Source: an uncultured Methanomassiliicoccales archaeon
GTDB taxonomy: Archaea > Thermoplasmatota > Thermoplasmata > Methanomassiliicoccales > CAZOLG01
Direction: 5' to 3'
NCBI GenBank assembly: GCA_964580935.1
Contig: CAZOLG010000001.1
Location: forward strand, 188,745-252,744
Length of the DNA: 64,000 nt
Each line of letters begins with the position of its first letter. The first letter of the stretch is position 1. A model generated the notes under the pieces. It had not been told where the DNA came from and did not search any database. It worked only from the letters and a program-made list of their open reading frames with translations. The translations under genes were made by a program, and so were the position numbers. Of the stretch, positions 1-9,737 are shown one piece after another.

Positions 1-128
1 TGGTGAATGTGATGATCTCAGTTTCCCGTCTGATGGTGGAGTACGATATTGAGGAGATGGATCTCAATCCCATATTCGGCAATGAGGATGGAGTGAAGGT
101 AGCAGACGCAAGGATATTTATTGAATGA
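1..128 (+). CDS. 3' end of a gene truncated by the window edge; C-terminus resembles ATP-grasp (beta) part of ADP-forming acyl-CoA synthetase
   Basis: Frame 3 is open from base 3 to TGA at 126-128. It translates to ...MVEYDIEEMDLNPIFGNEDGVKVADARIFIE*. The D-L-N-P ... DARI pattern is typical of ACD/ATP-grasp C-termini. Confidence 0.35.
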   Translation, partial: VNVMISVSRLMVEYDIEEMDLNPIFGNEDGVKVADARIFIE

Positions 129-312
129 TCATGGTCCAATACTTGCACACGTAACCGACTTGATAGGTTAAACCCTCTTCTCCGGAACCTCATCGGAAAT
201 AATCTGGTGAGGTCCTCATCAACTTCTTCAAAGACATGATTCTCTGTTCTTTTTGAAGGAAAGTTATATAGTTTCAATGAACGATAGTGTATCAACTGAT
301 GGGGGGAATTCT

Positions 313-1371
313 ATGACCGAGGAAATGACGTCAATGGAACGTTTTGAGGCCGCTTTGAACCTTGAACAGCCCGACATGGTACCGGCATCATTATTTGGAG
401 GGATTTTTGAAGTCCACTACGTGCCCGGGATGGATGTCGTTGATTACGGAACGAGCGGAGAGAACATGGCCAAGGCCCATATCGCCTTCTACGAAGAGGT
501 CGGGGGAGACACTATCTATTGTCTTTCCGACATGGGCCTTATCGTGGAAGGTTGGGGCGTGAAGATGGACTTGCCCAAGGAACCGAACATACACATGGCT
601 CTGGGAGAGTTCGCTGTTGAAGAACCTGGAGATTGGGAAGAGTTGGAAGCCCTTGATCCGGAAACGGACGGAAGGATGCACCTGTACCTCGACGCATGTC
701 GCATTTGCAACGATAAGTACGGGGACAAAGTACCCATCGGAGTGTCTTTGCCCAGTCCTTTCACTACCACCACCCATGTCTGCCAGATGGAAACAGCCCT
801 GACTCACATGATAATGGAGCCTGAGGCTTTCCAGAGCGGTCTTGATACGATTACTGAAACGGTGGCCGATTTCATAAACGCCTGTTCGGACAACGGAGCC
901 TTCTTCACTGGTTATCTGACCACAAGAGCTTCAAAGGAAATCACCACAGAGGAACAGTACAGGGGCTTCGGAGCACCTTCTGACAAGAAGGTATTCAAGA
1001 AGACTCCGGGCATATCGCACATTCCGCATATCTGTGGAGTAGAGCCTATGTTTGACCTGATAGAAGAATATGCCAGGGAATTCGACAACGTGAAGGGTAT
1101 CTCCTGGTGGGATCAGGGAGCTGATCCGAACCTTGAAGAGGCCAAGAAAGGCTGGGGAGACGTACTGGCAATCATGGCCGGTGTGGATCACACTGAGATC
1201 CTGGTCGACGGTCCGGCAAGTGCTATCGAGGCCCAGATCAAGAAATCCTGTGAGATCGCCATGGAAGGTGGAGGGTTCATCCTTGCACCTGGCTGTGAAG
1301 TCGCTCCGCAGACACCGAAAGAACACCAGAAAGCCTACATCAAGGCCGCAAGAAAATATGGTAAGTACTGA
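313..1371 (+). CDS. URO-D family corrinoid methyltransferase (MtaA/MtbA/MtsA-like, Zn-dependent), paralog 1
   Basis: ORF 253..1371. Start set at ATG 313 because MTEEMTSMERFEAAL parallels MTTEMTGLERVHAAL of paralog 2. Zn-ligand motifs HICGVEP and LAPGCEV are present. A G-rich RBS lies before 313 and a TATA-like AAGTTATATAG at about 260. Confidence 0.85.
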   Translation: MTEEMTSMERFEAALNLEQPDMVPASLFGGIFEVHYVPGMDVVDYGTSGENMAKAHIAFYEEVGGDTIYCLSDMGLIVEGWGVKMDLPKEPNIHMALGEFAVEEPGDWEELEALDPETDGRMHLYLDACRICNDKYGDKVPIGVSLPSPFTTTTHVCQMETALTHMIMEPEAFQSGLDTITETVADFINACSDNGAFFTGYLTTRASKEITTEEQYRGFGAPSDKKVFKKTPGISHIPHICGVEPMFDLIEEYAREFDNVKGISWWDQGADPNLEEAKKGWGDVLAIMAGVDHTEILVDGPASAIEAQIKKSCEIAMEGGGFILAPGCEVAPQTPKEHQKAYIKAARKYGKY

Positions 1372-1373
1372 AA

Positions 1374-1408
1374 CTGGCCGAAGGCCAGCTTTCGTTTTTT
1401 ATTTTTTT
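1374..1408 (+). terminator. Hairpin plus T-tracts downstream of methyltransferase 1
   Basis: CTGGCC-GAA-GGCCAG stem-loop (1374..1388) is followed by TTTCGTTTTTTATTTTTTT. Confidence 0.5.
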
Positions 1409-1460
1409 CGGCCCTGCAAGAAATCAGAATCTTAAATCGATATATAATCGGAGTGATTGA

Positions 1461-2126
1461 ATGGATGAAGAAATGAAGGATAGGATATACGAACATATAG
1501 TTAACGGTAAAATCAAAGAGTCAGCCGGTCTTGGTGAAGAGCTGTTCGAGGCGGGGGTGGACAGCAAAGAGATTGGCAAGGTATTGATAAAAGCCATGAA
1601 CAAGGTCGGTCATGACTACAGGGAGAGAGATATCGCTCTGCCCCAGTTGATCATGGCCACCCAGGCGTTCAAGAAACTACTTCTTCCTTATGTTGGAAAG
1701 TCCGAAGCCGAGGAGGGCGTAGTAGTAATGGGTGTAGCTGCAAACGATATCCATGACATCGGAAAGAACCTTGTGGTGGGCATGCTGCAGGTCTACGGGT
1801 TCGAGGTCCACGATCTCGGCAAAGATGTTCCATTGGACAAGTTCCCGGCTAAGGCGGAGGAAGTAGGAGCTAATATAGTGGGGGCCGGAACCCTGCTCAC
1901 TGCTACCATGCCCGAGCTGGAGGACATCCTCAAGAAGATGGACGAAGCGGGCTTGAGACCAGATACCAAGTACATGGTAGGCGGCGCACCGATCACCACT
2001 ACCTTCGCTGAACGTATTGGAGCCGAGGGCTACGCAACAGATGCCATACTCGCCGTTCAAACCGCCAAGGCATTGGTGAAGGGCGAGAAATCATATCTAG
2101 CCTCCAGAGAAGATAGAAAGGCTTGA
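1461..2126 (+). CDS. Corrinoid (B12-binding) methyl-carrier protein (MtaC/MtbC/MtsB-like)
   Basis: 221 aa with an N-terminal helical cap and a Rossmann B12 domain. The base-off/His-on motif D-x-H-x-x-G is present (AANDIHDIGKN), with GG motif MVGGAP. Confidence 0.9.
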   Translation: MDEEMKDRIYEHIVNGKIKESAGLGEELFEAGVDSKEIGKVLIKAMNKVGHDYRERDIALPQLIMATQAFKKLLLPYVGKSEAEEGVVVMGVAANDIHDIGKNLVVGMLQVYGFEVHDLGKDVPLDKFPAKAEEVGANIVGAGTLLTATMPELEDILKKMDEAGLRPDTKYMVGGAPITTTFAERIGAEGYATDAILAVQTAKALVKGEKSYLASREDRKA

Positions 2127-2148
2127 AGATTACGATCGAGGGATTACC

Positions 2149-3201
2149 GTGACCACAGAAATGACAGGTCTAGAGAGAGTACATGCTGCGCTGAATCACG
2201 AGGGTCTGGACTGCGTCCCGATCACGGGGATGGGTTGGACCATCGGTGCGTTCAGTGGTGGCTACACCACCACCGAATACGCACAGGATGCGAAAAAGAT
2301 GGCCAAGGGTCAGATAGCTTTCTACGAGAAGACAGGTATCGATCTGCTGCATCCCACCTCCGATATGGGACAGATGGCCGAAGGGTTCGGAGTGAAGATG
2401 CTTTACAAAGACGGTCTGACTCCTATGCTCGATGAATTCGCGGTCAAAGAGCCGGAGCAGTGGGAGGAACTGGAAGTACTCGATCCGTACAGAGACGGAA
2501 GGATGATGGTCTCAATTGAGGCCATAGAGGCCATCAGAGATGAACTTGGAGACAGTGTTTCTATCATGCCTTATGCGCCCAGTCCACTGACCAGTGCAAC
2601 ACATGTCAGGGCTATGGAGAATGTAATGATTGATATCGTCATGTACCCCGACCTCCTGAAGAAAGGACTCGAGATCATGGCCGATACGGTGATCGAATAT
2701 ATGGATGCCATGCTCGATGCAGGAGCTGATGGTATTCTGTACGCCACTACCAGGGCATCGGCGGAGATTACCACCAAGGACCAGTACCGTGAATTCGGGT
2801 TCGATTACGACAAGACAGTGTTGGAGTCGATCAGTAGCCAGGATGGGATGAACATACTCCATGTCTGTGGCGTAGAACCGTTGTTCAAGATGCTCAGCGA
2901 GCTGCCGAACTCCAACGGTATCAACTGGTGGGACATGGGAAGCAATCTCAATATGAAGGAGGCCAAGGAACAGTTTGGAGAGAAGGTGTGTCTCGTTGGA
3001 GGACTTGACCAGACCGATGCCCTTCTCTACGGTACAATAGAGGAAGTGAAAGAAGAGGCCAGGACCTCTATTGAAGAGGGTCTGGGAGACGATCATACGG
3101 GGTTCATACTGGCACCGGGATGTGAGGTGTCCCCCGAGAACCCTCTGGATAAGATCCGGGCCGCTTCTGAGGTGGCCCACAAGTATAAAATCCGGGGGTA
3201 G
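2149..3201 (+). CDS. URO-D family corrinoid methyltransferase (MtaA/MtbA/MtsA-like, Zn-dependent), paralog 2
   Basis: 350 aa, roughly 40% identical by eye to paralog 1. Zn motifs LHVCGVEP and LAPGCEV. GTG start; alternative ATG at 2161. Confidence 0.85.
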   Translation: MTTEMTGLERVHAALNHEGLDCVPITGMGWTIGAFSGGYTTTEYAQDAKKMAKGQIAFYEKTGIDLLHPTSDMGQMAEGFGVKMLYKDGLTPMLDEFAVKEPEQWEELEVLDPYRDGRMMVSIEAIEAIRDELGDSVSIMPYAPSPLTSATHVRAMENVMIDIVMYPDLLKKGLEIMADTVIEYMDAMLDAGADGILYATTRASAEITTKDQYREFGFDYDKTVLESISSQDGMNILHVCGVEPLFKMLSELPNSNGINWWDMGSNLNMKEAKEQFGEKVCLVGGLDQTDALLYGTIEEVKEEARTSIEEGLGDDHTGFILAPGCEVSPENPLDKIRAASEVAHKYKIRG

Positions 3202-3243
3202 AGAGAAGTATGAGGTAAACGGTTTAAATAAAGGAGGAAACGC

Positions 3244-4869
3244 ATGTCAAAAGAATTGAAACTCGACACAGCTATCGTCAACGCTGACGTGATAACTGTC
3301 GATGAGAACATGAGCAGAGCGGGAGCAGTGGGTATTGTTAACGGTAAGATCGTGGCCATTGGTTCTGATAACGAAATCAAAGCAATGATCGGAGACGGTA
3401 CTGAGGTTATCGATGCTAAAGGGAAAACATTGGTCCCGGGTTTTAACGACTCTCACATGCATCCACTGCTTTACGGTCATTTCGCGACCGGGGTGGACCT
3501 GGTGGGCGTCAAGAATATCGATGATTTTCTGCAGAGAGTGAAAAAGAAGGCCGATGAAACTCCAGACGGCAAGATGATCCTGGGCTTCGGATGGAATCAG
3601 GAGCAGATGGACGAGGGCCGGTACCCCACCCGATGGGAAGTGGATGAGGTGACGCCCGATAACCCCGCGTTCCTGATTCACTACAACGCTCATATCTATC
3701 TGGCGAATACCAGACTACTGGAAGAAGAGGGGATCACAGCAGAGACTCCGGACCCTGATGGGGGAACCATTGTCAAGAACGACGAGGGAGAACCCACAGG
3801 GATATTGCTGGAGAACGCTATCGACCTCATTGCCCCCGGATTCCTTGAGACCGGGGCCGGCCTTTTCTCATACGATCAGAGCAAAGAGGCCCTGAGAGTG
3901 GCCGCTGAGGCGGCAGCGGAGAACGGTCTGACTTCGATCATGGACGTATTGGCGGGCGACGCGCAGGTCAAGGCGTACCAGGAACTCGAAAGGGAGAACA
4001 AACTTCCAGTACGTGTCAACATACAGCTGATGTTCCAGCTGCTCGACCAGATGATCGATCTAGGCATCAAGAGCGGTTTCGGAGATGACAAGATCAGGCT
4101 GAACGGAGTCAAGTTGATACTTGATGGGTCTTTGAGCAGTAGGACGGCTGCACTCAGGGAGCCCTACGCTGATGATCCCAGTACCAAAGGGATCATGAGA
4201 CACTCGCCCGAATTCCTGAAGGACGTGGTGCTCAAGGCCCAGCAGAACGATATTAGGGTAGACATACACGCTCTGGGAGACGGGGCGAGCGAGGTAGTGC
4301 TCAACGTGTTCGAAGAGGTACAGGAGGAACATCCGGTGGAAGACCCCCGATTCAAGATCAGCCACTGTCTGATCCTGGCTGAAGACCTCATCGAGAGGTA
4401 CGCAAATCTGGGAGTGATCGCTTCCGTACAACCAGTATTCGCCATGAAGGGACAGTATTGGGCCCCGCGACTGGTAGGGCCAGAGAGAGTCCAGTACTCA
4501 CACGCCTGGAAGCGCCTGGATGATGCAGGTGTCACCATGTGTTCTGGAACGGACGCCCCCATCGAAGACATGAATCCTCTGATGAACATCTACTCTGCGG
4601 TAACCCGAAAGGACCCTGAGGGCAAACCGGAGAACGGATGGCGCCCTGATCAAAAATTGGATGTGGCGACCGCCCTGAGGATGGTAACCCAATGGGGAGC
4701 GTATGCTACGGCTGAAGAAGACGTGAAAGGCTCCATAGAAGTCGGAAAACTGGCCGATATGGCCCTGATTTCAGACAACCCATTCGAGGTCGAACCTGAC
4801 GCCATCAAGGATATCAAAGTCTTGATGACCATAGTGGGCGGAAAGCCCGTGTTCTCAAGAGACTTCTAA
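3244..4869 (+). CDS. Metal-dependent amidohydrolase, Amidohydro_3 / YtcJ-like
   Basis: 541 aa. Motifs: H-x-H metal motif FNDSHMHP, DIHALGDGA, ISHC, GTDAP. RBS AAGGAGGA lies upstream. Confidence 0.8.
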   Translation: MSKELKLDTAIVNADVITVDENMSRAGAVGIVNGKIVAIGSDNEIKAMIGDGTEVIDAKGKTLVPGFNDSHMHPLLYGHFATGVDLVGVKNIDDFLQRVKKKADETPDGKMILGFGWNQEQMDEGRYPTRWEVDEVTPDNPAFLIHYNAHIYLANTRLLEEEGITAETPDPDGGTIVKNDEGEPTGILLENAIDLIAPGFLETGAGLFSYDQSKEALRVAAEAAAENGLTSIMDVLAGDAQVKAYQELERENKLPVRVNIQLMFQLLDQMIDLGIKSGFGDDKIRLNGVKLILDGSLSSRTAALREPYADDPSTKGIMRHSPEFLKDVVLKAQQNDIRVDIHALGDGASEVVLNVFEEVQEEHPVEDPRFKISHCLILAEDLIERYANLGVIASVQPVFAMKGQYWAPRLVGPERVQYSHAWKRLDDAGVTMCSGTDAPIEDMNPLMNIYSAVTRKDPEGKPENGWRPDQKLDVATALRMVTQWGAYATAEEDVKGSIEVGKLADMALISDNPFEVEPDAIKDIKVLMTIVGGKPVFSRDF

Positions 4870-4887
4870 AACCATTTAATTCCCTCC

Positions 4888-4902
4888 TCTTTTCTTTTTT
4901 TT
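4888..4902 (+). terminator. T-rich tract after amidohydrolase (archaeal-type terminator candidate)
   Basis: CTCTTTTCTTTTTTTT lies immediately after the TAA stop at 4867-4869. Confidence 0.3.
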
Positions 4903-4988
4903 CAAAAATACCAACAGATTATGGAAGAGGAGAAGCAAAGGTATTTCTCTTAATTTCCTACTATTATAAGCAATAAAAGGGGGATTAG

Positions 4989-6326
4989 ATGACTGAAGAA
5001 ACTCTCAATAAGATTAAGATCAACGTAGAACCGCCGGGACCGAAGGCCAAAGAGATTATCGATAAAGATAAGAAAGTGATGGCCACCACCAACAAGGTGA
5101 TGCCTGTGGTGGCCAAGAAGGGGAGCGGCCTGTACGTGCAGGATGTTGACGATAACGTCTACCTGGACTTCCAGTCGGGGATCGCAGTCAACAATACTGG
5201 TCACTGTCACCCGAAGGTGGTCAAGGCCATCCAGGACCAGGCGGCGAAACTCATCCATTTCCCAGGGATACTGCTTTCTCAGAATCTTGAAGGGAGGGTG
5301 GCTGAGAAGCTCAGTGAGATCACTCCCGGAGATTTCAACAAGAAGACCTATTTCACCTGCAGCGGCGCTGGAGCGATCGACACCGCTATCAAGGTGGCCA
5401 GGTGGTCGACCAAGAGGCCGAGGAACCTGGCGTTCATCGGCTCTTTCCACGGTAAGTCCATCGGTGCTCTGAGCCTCACCGCCAGTAAGGTACCGTACAG
5501 GAAAGGATTCATGCCCGAAATGCCTGGAGTTCTTCACGTGCCCTACGCATACTGCTACAGGTGTCCTTATAAAATGACGTATCCAGACTGTGACCTGTAC
5601 TGCGCAAAGATCATCGATGAGATGTACCTTTCAAAGTTCTTCCCCGGGGAAGAAGTGGCCGCGTTCTTCGTGGAGCCCATACAGGGAGAGGGGGGCTACA
5701 TAGTTCCTCCGAAGGGATGGCATCAAGAGATTAAAAAGATATGTGAGAAACACGGGATACTCTTCGTAGCTGACGAAGTCCAATCGGGATTTGGCAGAAC
5801 GGGAGAGTGGTTCGCCATAGAGCATTTCGATGTGGTACCTGATGTCATGGTAGTGGCCAAGGGGATCGCCTCAGGGATGCCTATGAGTGCCTGCATCTTC
5901 AATGAGAAGTACGACATTAAGCAGCCCGGGGCCCATGCCACCACCTTTGGTGGTAACCTGGTCACCTCAGCCGCCTCTCTGGCCACCATCGAGGTGATGG
6001 AAGAGGAGAATATGATCGAGAACGCGGCGGAGAAGGGCGAATACCTGCTATCCAGACTCGAGGAGTTGAAGGAGAAATACGAAATCGTGGGGGATGTGAG
6101 GGGCAGGGGTTTGATGACCGCTATCGAGATTGTCAAGGACAAAGACTCCAGAGAACCAGACAAGGAGACCAGAGATGCGATCTGTATGGACGCCATGAGG
6201 AAGGGTCTGTTGATCCTGTTCTGTGGGCACAGCAGCATTAGGATAATACCGGCCTTGAATGTCACAGAGGCACAGATCGATATTGCCATAGAGATGATGG
6301 AGGAAGAGATTAAGGACAAGAGCTAG
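4989..6326 (+). CDS. Class-III PLP aminotransferase (GabT/ornithine/acetylornithine aminotransferase family)
   Basis: 445 aa. Motifs: DEVQSGFGRTGEWFA, the PLP-lysine context VVAKGIASGMP, and TFGGN. Confidence 0.85.
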   Translation: MTEETLNKIKINVEPPGPKAKEIIDKDKKVMATTNKVMPVVAKKGSGLYVQDVDDNVYLDFQSGIAVNNTGHCHPKVVKAIQDQAAKLIHFPGILLSQNLEGRVAEKLSEITPGDFNKKTYFTCSGAGAIDTAIKVARWSTKRPRNLAFIGSFHGKSIGALSLTASKVPYRKGFMPEMPGVLHVPYAYCYRCPYKMTYPDCDLYCAKIIDEMYLSKFFPGEEVAAFFVEPIQGEGGYIVPPKGWHQEIKKICEKHGILFVADEVQSGFGRTGEWFAIEHFDVVPDVMVVAKGIASGMPMSACIFNEKYDIKQPGAHATTFGGNLVTSAASLATIEVMEEENMIENAAEKGEYLLSRLEELKEKYEIVGDVRGRGLMTAIEIVKDKDSREPDKETRDAICMDAMRKGLLILFCGHSSIRIIPALNVTEAQIDIAIEMMEEEIKDKS

Positions 6327-6475
6327 TTCGCAATCCCTCGCTTACAGGGGGCGAATTGTGGTCTCCAAACCCCTTTCTATTTCTATCCCACAAATTCTTT
6401 AAAACACCTGAGGGTGTAGCTATCGAGATCAGCATCATGGATCGAAAAGGGCCCTGAAGCTGGAGTCGGAGACAA

Positions 6476-8332
6476 TTACTCCCCTATCCCCAACCGCTCG
6501 ACGACGGTTGGAAAAAGAGAGAGGTCCATGTGAGGGATGAACATCGCCTTGTAGAATTCGTCCTCAAAATCTTCCTGAGCCGCAAGTTCGAGGTATTCTA
6601 TGCGCTCCACCATCTCGTCCGCCCTCTTCCTCTTCCCACCGTTCAATACGGCCATCTTACACCCCGTACCTGCCGCGTTACCCACTCCTCTTATTCTCCC
6701 CAAAGAGACCTCAGGGAAGATACCGATATTGAGTGCATTTACCGGTGAAATGTAATTGCCGAATGCCCCTGCAAGGAATATATTCTTCAGCTGTTCAGGT
6801 CTGACGTTCCTACGGTTCATCAACGTAGAAGAACCGACATACAAGGCTGCCTTGGCGTACTGTATCTGTTCGATATCATTCTGAGTGATCGAAATTAGCT
6901 TATCAGATCCAGACTCACCCTCTTCCGCCAGCACGTACTCCAGCTCTCCATCGACCATCCTGACTCTGGAACTACCTATCTCCTTGCGGATTCTTCCTGA
7001 GTAGTCGATGACCCCACTCCCCAGCATCTCTGAAATGGCGTCCACGACGCCGGATCCACAGAGCCCGATCGGGGGGGCGTCTCCTATGGTGCCACATTGC
7101 ACCTCGAAATCATCGCTGATAGTGACTGATTCGATCACCCCCTCGGTGGCCCGCATGCCATATTTCAGATTGGCCCCTTCGAAGGCCGGACCGGCTGCGG
7201 TGGAGGTGGAGATTATACCATCCTCAGTGATCAACGAGATCTCTCCATTGGTGCCAATATCTATTACCAGAGAAGGGGCCTCCAGGTCTTCCAGTTCGCA
7301 GGCCAGAAGGGCCGCCACATGGTCTGCTCCCACGAAGCCGGCGATGTTGGGCAGAGAAGAGACATATCCCTCTTTATTGACATTGATTCCCAGTTCCGAG
7401 GCCTTGAACTCCAGGCTGCTACAGGAGACCGGTACATATGGACACAGGGCGAGATGCCTGGTATCCAGCCCGAAAAGGAAGTGGTGCATGGCCGTATTGC
7501 CCACTATTCCCACTTCATATATCCTCTCTTTGCTTATTCCTGCAGAAGAGCAGAGATCTCCTACTAAAGTGTCAATACACTCAACAATCGACTCCTGAAG
7601 AATAGAGGTCCCGCCTTCTTTTTCCATGGACATCGTGATCCTGGAGATCACGTCGTCACCATACTTGATCTGAGGATTCATCATCGACCGCACCGAGAGG
7701 TGAGCCCCGTTCTCCAGGTTCAACAGATAGCCTACAACTGTGGTGGTCCCTATATCTACAGCCACTCCATATATGTCGTGTGATGCCCCGGCAGAAAGAT
7801 CGAGAACTTCGCCATCTTTACTCACCACCCAGACTTCGGAGTTTGACCTCAGTATATGGGGGAGATCTCTCAGGAGCGATAATCCGATATTCATTGGTCT
7901 AGCCCTGCCTAGAGCATCAATTAACCTCTCGAAATCGCTGATCTGATGCTCCAGAGAGGGGTCCTTAATGACCACCCTCCTCACCTCGATAACCGGATCT
8001 ATGTCTAGATCGGAGAGAGAGTCCTCTAAGATCACCTGTTCATGCCTAAAATACTCAGATGGAATCTCGATATCAAGGTCGTCCACTACCTCAAGTTGGC
8101 AGGCCAACCTCATACCGGAATCCAACTCCTCTTGAGAAAGTTGCTCCCTTTCAATTTCACCTATTGGAGCCGTTCCCTTCTTGACAACTATTCGGCAGTT
8201 AGTACATGAACCCCGGCCACCACAGGTGGACTCTATGGATATGTTTGCCCTGTTCAGAACTTCGAGCAGTTGCTCACCGATTGTCTTGGTTTCAATGTAC
8301 TTGTCTGTGGGTTGAATGTGGATTATGGGCAT
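6476..8332 (-). CDS. Reductive activator of corrinoid enzymes (RACo/RACE-type ASKHA ATPase with N-terminal 2Fe-2S ferredoxin domain)
   Basis: 618 aa. N-terminal plant-type ferredoxin cysteines CGGRGSCTNC...LACQ. ASKHA phosphate motifs VAVDIGTTTVVGY and VIDIGTNGEISL. COG3894-like length. Confidence 0.8.
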   Translation of the reverse strand: MPIIHIQPTDKYIETKTIGEQLLEVLNRANISIESTCGGRGSCTNCRIVVKKGTAPIGEIEREQLSQEELDSGMRLACQLEVVDDLDIEIPSEYFRHEQVILEDSLSDLDIDPVIEVRRVVIKDPSLEHQISDFERLIDALGRARPMNIGLSLLRDLPHILRSNSEVWVVSKDGEVLDLSAGASHDIYGVAVDIGTTTVVGYLLNLENGAHLSVRSMMNPQIKYGDDVISRITMSMEKEGGTSILQESIVECIDTLVGDLCSSAGISKERIYEVGIVGNTAMHHFLFGLDTRHLALCPYVPVSCSSLEFKASELGINVNKEGYVSSLPNIAGFVGADHVAALLACELEDLEAPSLVIDIGTNGEISLITEDGIISTSTAAGPAFEGANLKYGMRATEGVIESVTISDDFEVQCGTIGDAPPIGLCGSGVVDAISEMLGSGVIDYSGRIRKEIGSSRVRMVDGELEYVLAEEGESGSDKLISITQNDIEQIQYAKAALYVGSSTLMNRRNVRPEQLKNIFLAGAFGNYISPVNALNIGIFPEVSLGRIRGVGNAAGTGCKMAVLNGGKRKRADEMVERIEYLELAAQEDFEDEFYKAMFIPHMDLSLFPTVVERLGIGE

Positions 8333-8340
8333 TAGCCTGA

Positions 8341-8865
8341 TTAGAGATAATGACGATATATGCTGAATATATCAGTGATCTGGCTTATTTCGTAACTGGC
8401 AAAGCACTTCTTACTGATTATCAATTCCCTCACAATGGCTTCAGCCTCCTTAGGGTCCTCAGCATGGAAGAGGAGAATGGCGCCGAAGGCTCCTATTGCG
8501 CTGAATACCTGTATGGTGGCATCATGCTCCTTTAGCTCGATAATCATCTCTTCCTGTTCTTTGGAAGACAGACCTGTATCGAATTTGAGGATGGCGGCGT
8601 ATATCAGGTCACCGAGCCGATCGTAGTAGATCAGATTTGCCTTCTGGAGGACATTGAGTTCTCTCAACCGCTCAATGCGGTACCCCACCGAACGGCTGGT
8701 CATACCCATTTCTTCTCCTATCCTCTCGTATGTCCAGTCCGGATTGTTGGCCAATAGCCTCAATAGTTCTTTGTCCTTTTCATCGAGCTTCTTTCTTCTG
8801 GCTATGATATCACCTTTAGGACGGAGCAACAAATGATTGGTCTCAAATGGTATAAATATTCTCAT
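8341..8865 (-). CDS. Lrp/AsnC-family transcriptional regulator
   Basis: HTH segment LDEKDKELLRLLANNPDWTYERIGEEMGMTSRSVGYRIERLRE, followed by a RAM-like C-terminal domain. Confidence 0.75.
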   Translation of the reverse strand: MRIFIPFETNHLLLRPKGDIIARRKKLDEKDKELLRLLANNPDWTYERIGEEMGMTSRSVGYRIERLRELNVLQKANLIYYDRLGDLIYAAILKFDTGLSSKEQEEMIIELKEHDATIQVFSAIGAFGAILLFHAEDPKEAEAIVRELIISKKCFASYEISQITDIFSIYRHYL

Positions 8866-9140
8866 ATCCAGTGTTCGGGGTTAATTGTAGAGCAAAGCAC
8901 TACGGGGTAACCCGGTGTACGAGCAATATGTCACATGAGGTGAATATTGACAACCCATCTCAGTTATCAATCCTGTCTGGGGACCCATCATTTTGCCAAG
9001 TATTATAAGAACCGGCTGCTTTCCGGATTATTAGTTGCAAAGAAAGATTGATGGCACTGTACAATGTCAGCATCCTATATTCATGTCTCTGCTATTGAGA
9101 AGGAGACGATGAATATCAGGATCACCAGGAGAGATGTTTC

Positions 9141-9737
9141 ATGGATATGGCTATCGTTTCAGGATTTCTGGGCTCTGGTAAGACGACTATGATCCTTTCG
9201 GTCATCGAAAGGATAAATAAATTGAAGGATCACAAGGTGGCGATTATAGTCAACGACTTTGGCAATATCGGGATCGACGCCAAGGTGATGAATAAATTCG
9301 GCTTGCAGGTCAAAGAACTGCAGGGAGGGTGCATATGTTGCACACTTGGTTCCTTCCTGCTGGATACGGTTCAGAAAGTAGTTAATAACTTCTCGCCGGA
9401 TCTGATCATCATTGAACCAACCGGTATCGCCGATCCCAAGAGTATTCTGTCCACCATGGAGCGGTACGAAGGGCATGTTGAGAGCATAAACACCCTGGTG
9501 CTCATGGATGCTCCCCGGTCTGAGGTCCATATGAAGGTGCTAAAGAGGCCCTTCGAACATCTGGTCGAGGCGGCAGACATGATCGCGGTCAACAAGATCG
9601 ATGAGGTGAATGAGGAATCTGTGAATGAGATGATCAGGAAATTGAGGGATGTTGGATATGATAAGGAGATTGTACCCACCTCTGCCACCGAGGGGATTAA
9701 CCTGGACAGCATTGTAGAATTCCTGGTGAGCTCATGA
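9141..9737 (+). CDS. COG0523/CobW-family G3E GTPase (metallochaperone), GTPase domain only
   Basis: Walker A GFLGSGKTT, metal-binding CxCC motif GGCICCT, Walker B IIIEPTG, and NKID specificity motif. Confidence 0.85.
   Translation: MDMAIVSGFLGSGKTTMILSVIERINKLKDHKVAIIVNDFGNIGIDAKVMNKFGLQVKELQGGCICCTLGSFLLDTVQKVVNNFSPDLIIIEPTGIADPKSILSTMERYEGHVESINTLVLMDAPRSEVHMKVLKRPFEHLVEAADMIAVNKIDEVNEESVNEMIRKLRDVGYDKEIVPTSATEGINLDSIVEFLVSS

Noticed and set aside
253-312. Upstream TTG-initiated 20-aa extension of methyltransferase paralog 1, given by the ORF track.
   Set aside because: The extension overlaps the TATA-like box. The paralog alignment and a G-rich RBS support ATG 313.
3199-3213. The TAG stop of methyltransferase paralog 2 is followed four codons later by TGA, a possible backup stop for Pyl readthrough.
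   Set aside because: The same stop-codon-usage argument applies. The extension would add only three residues, and no PYLIS-like context is evident.
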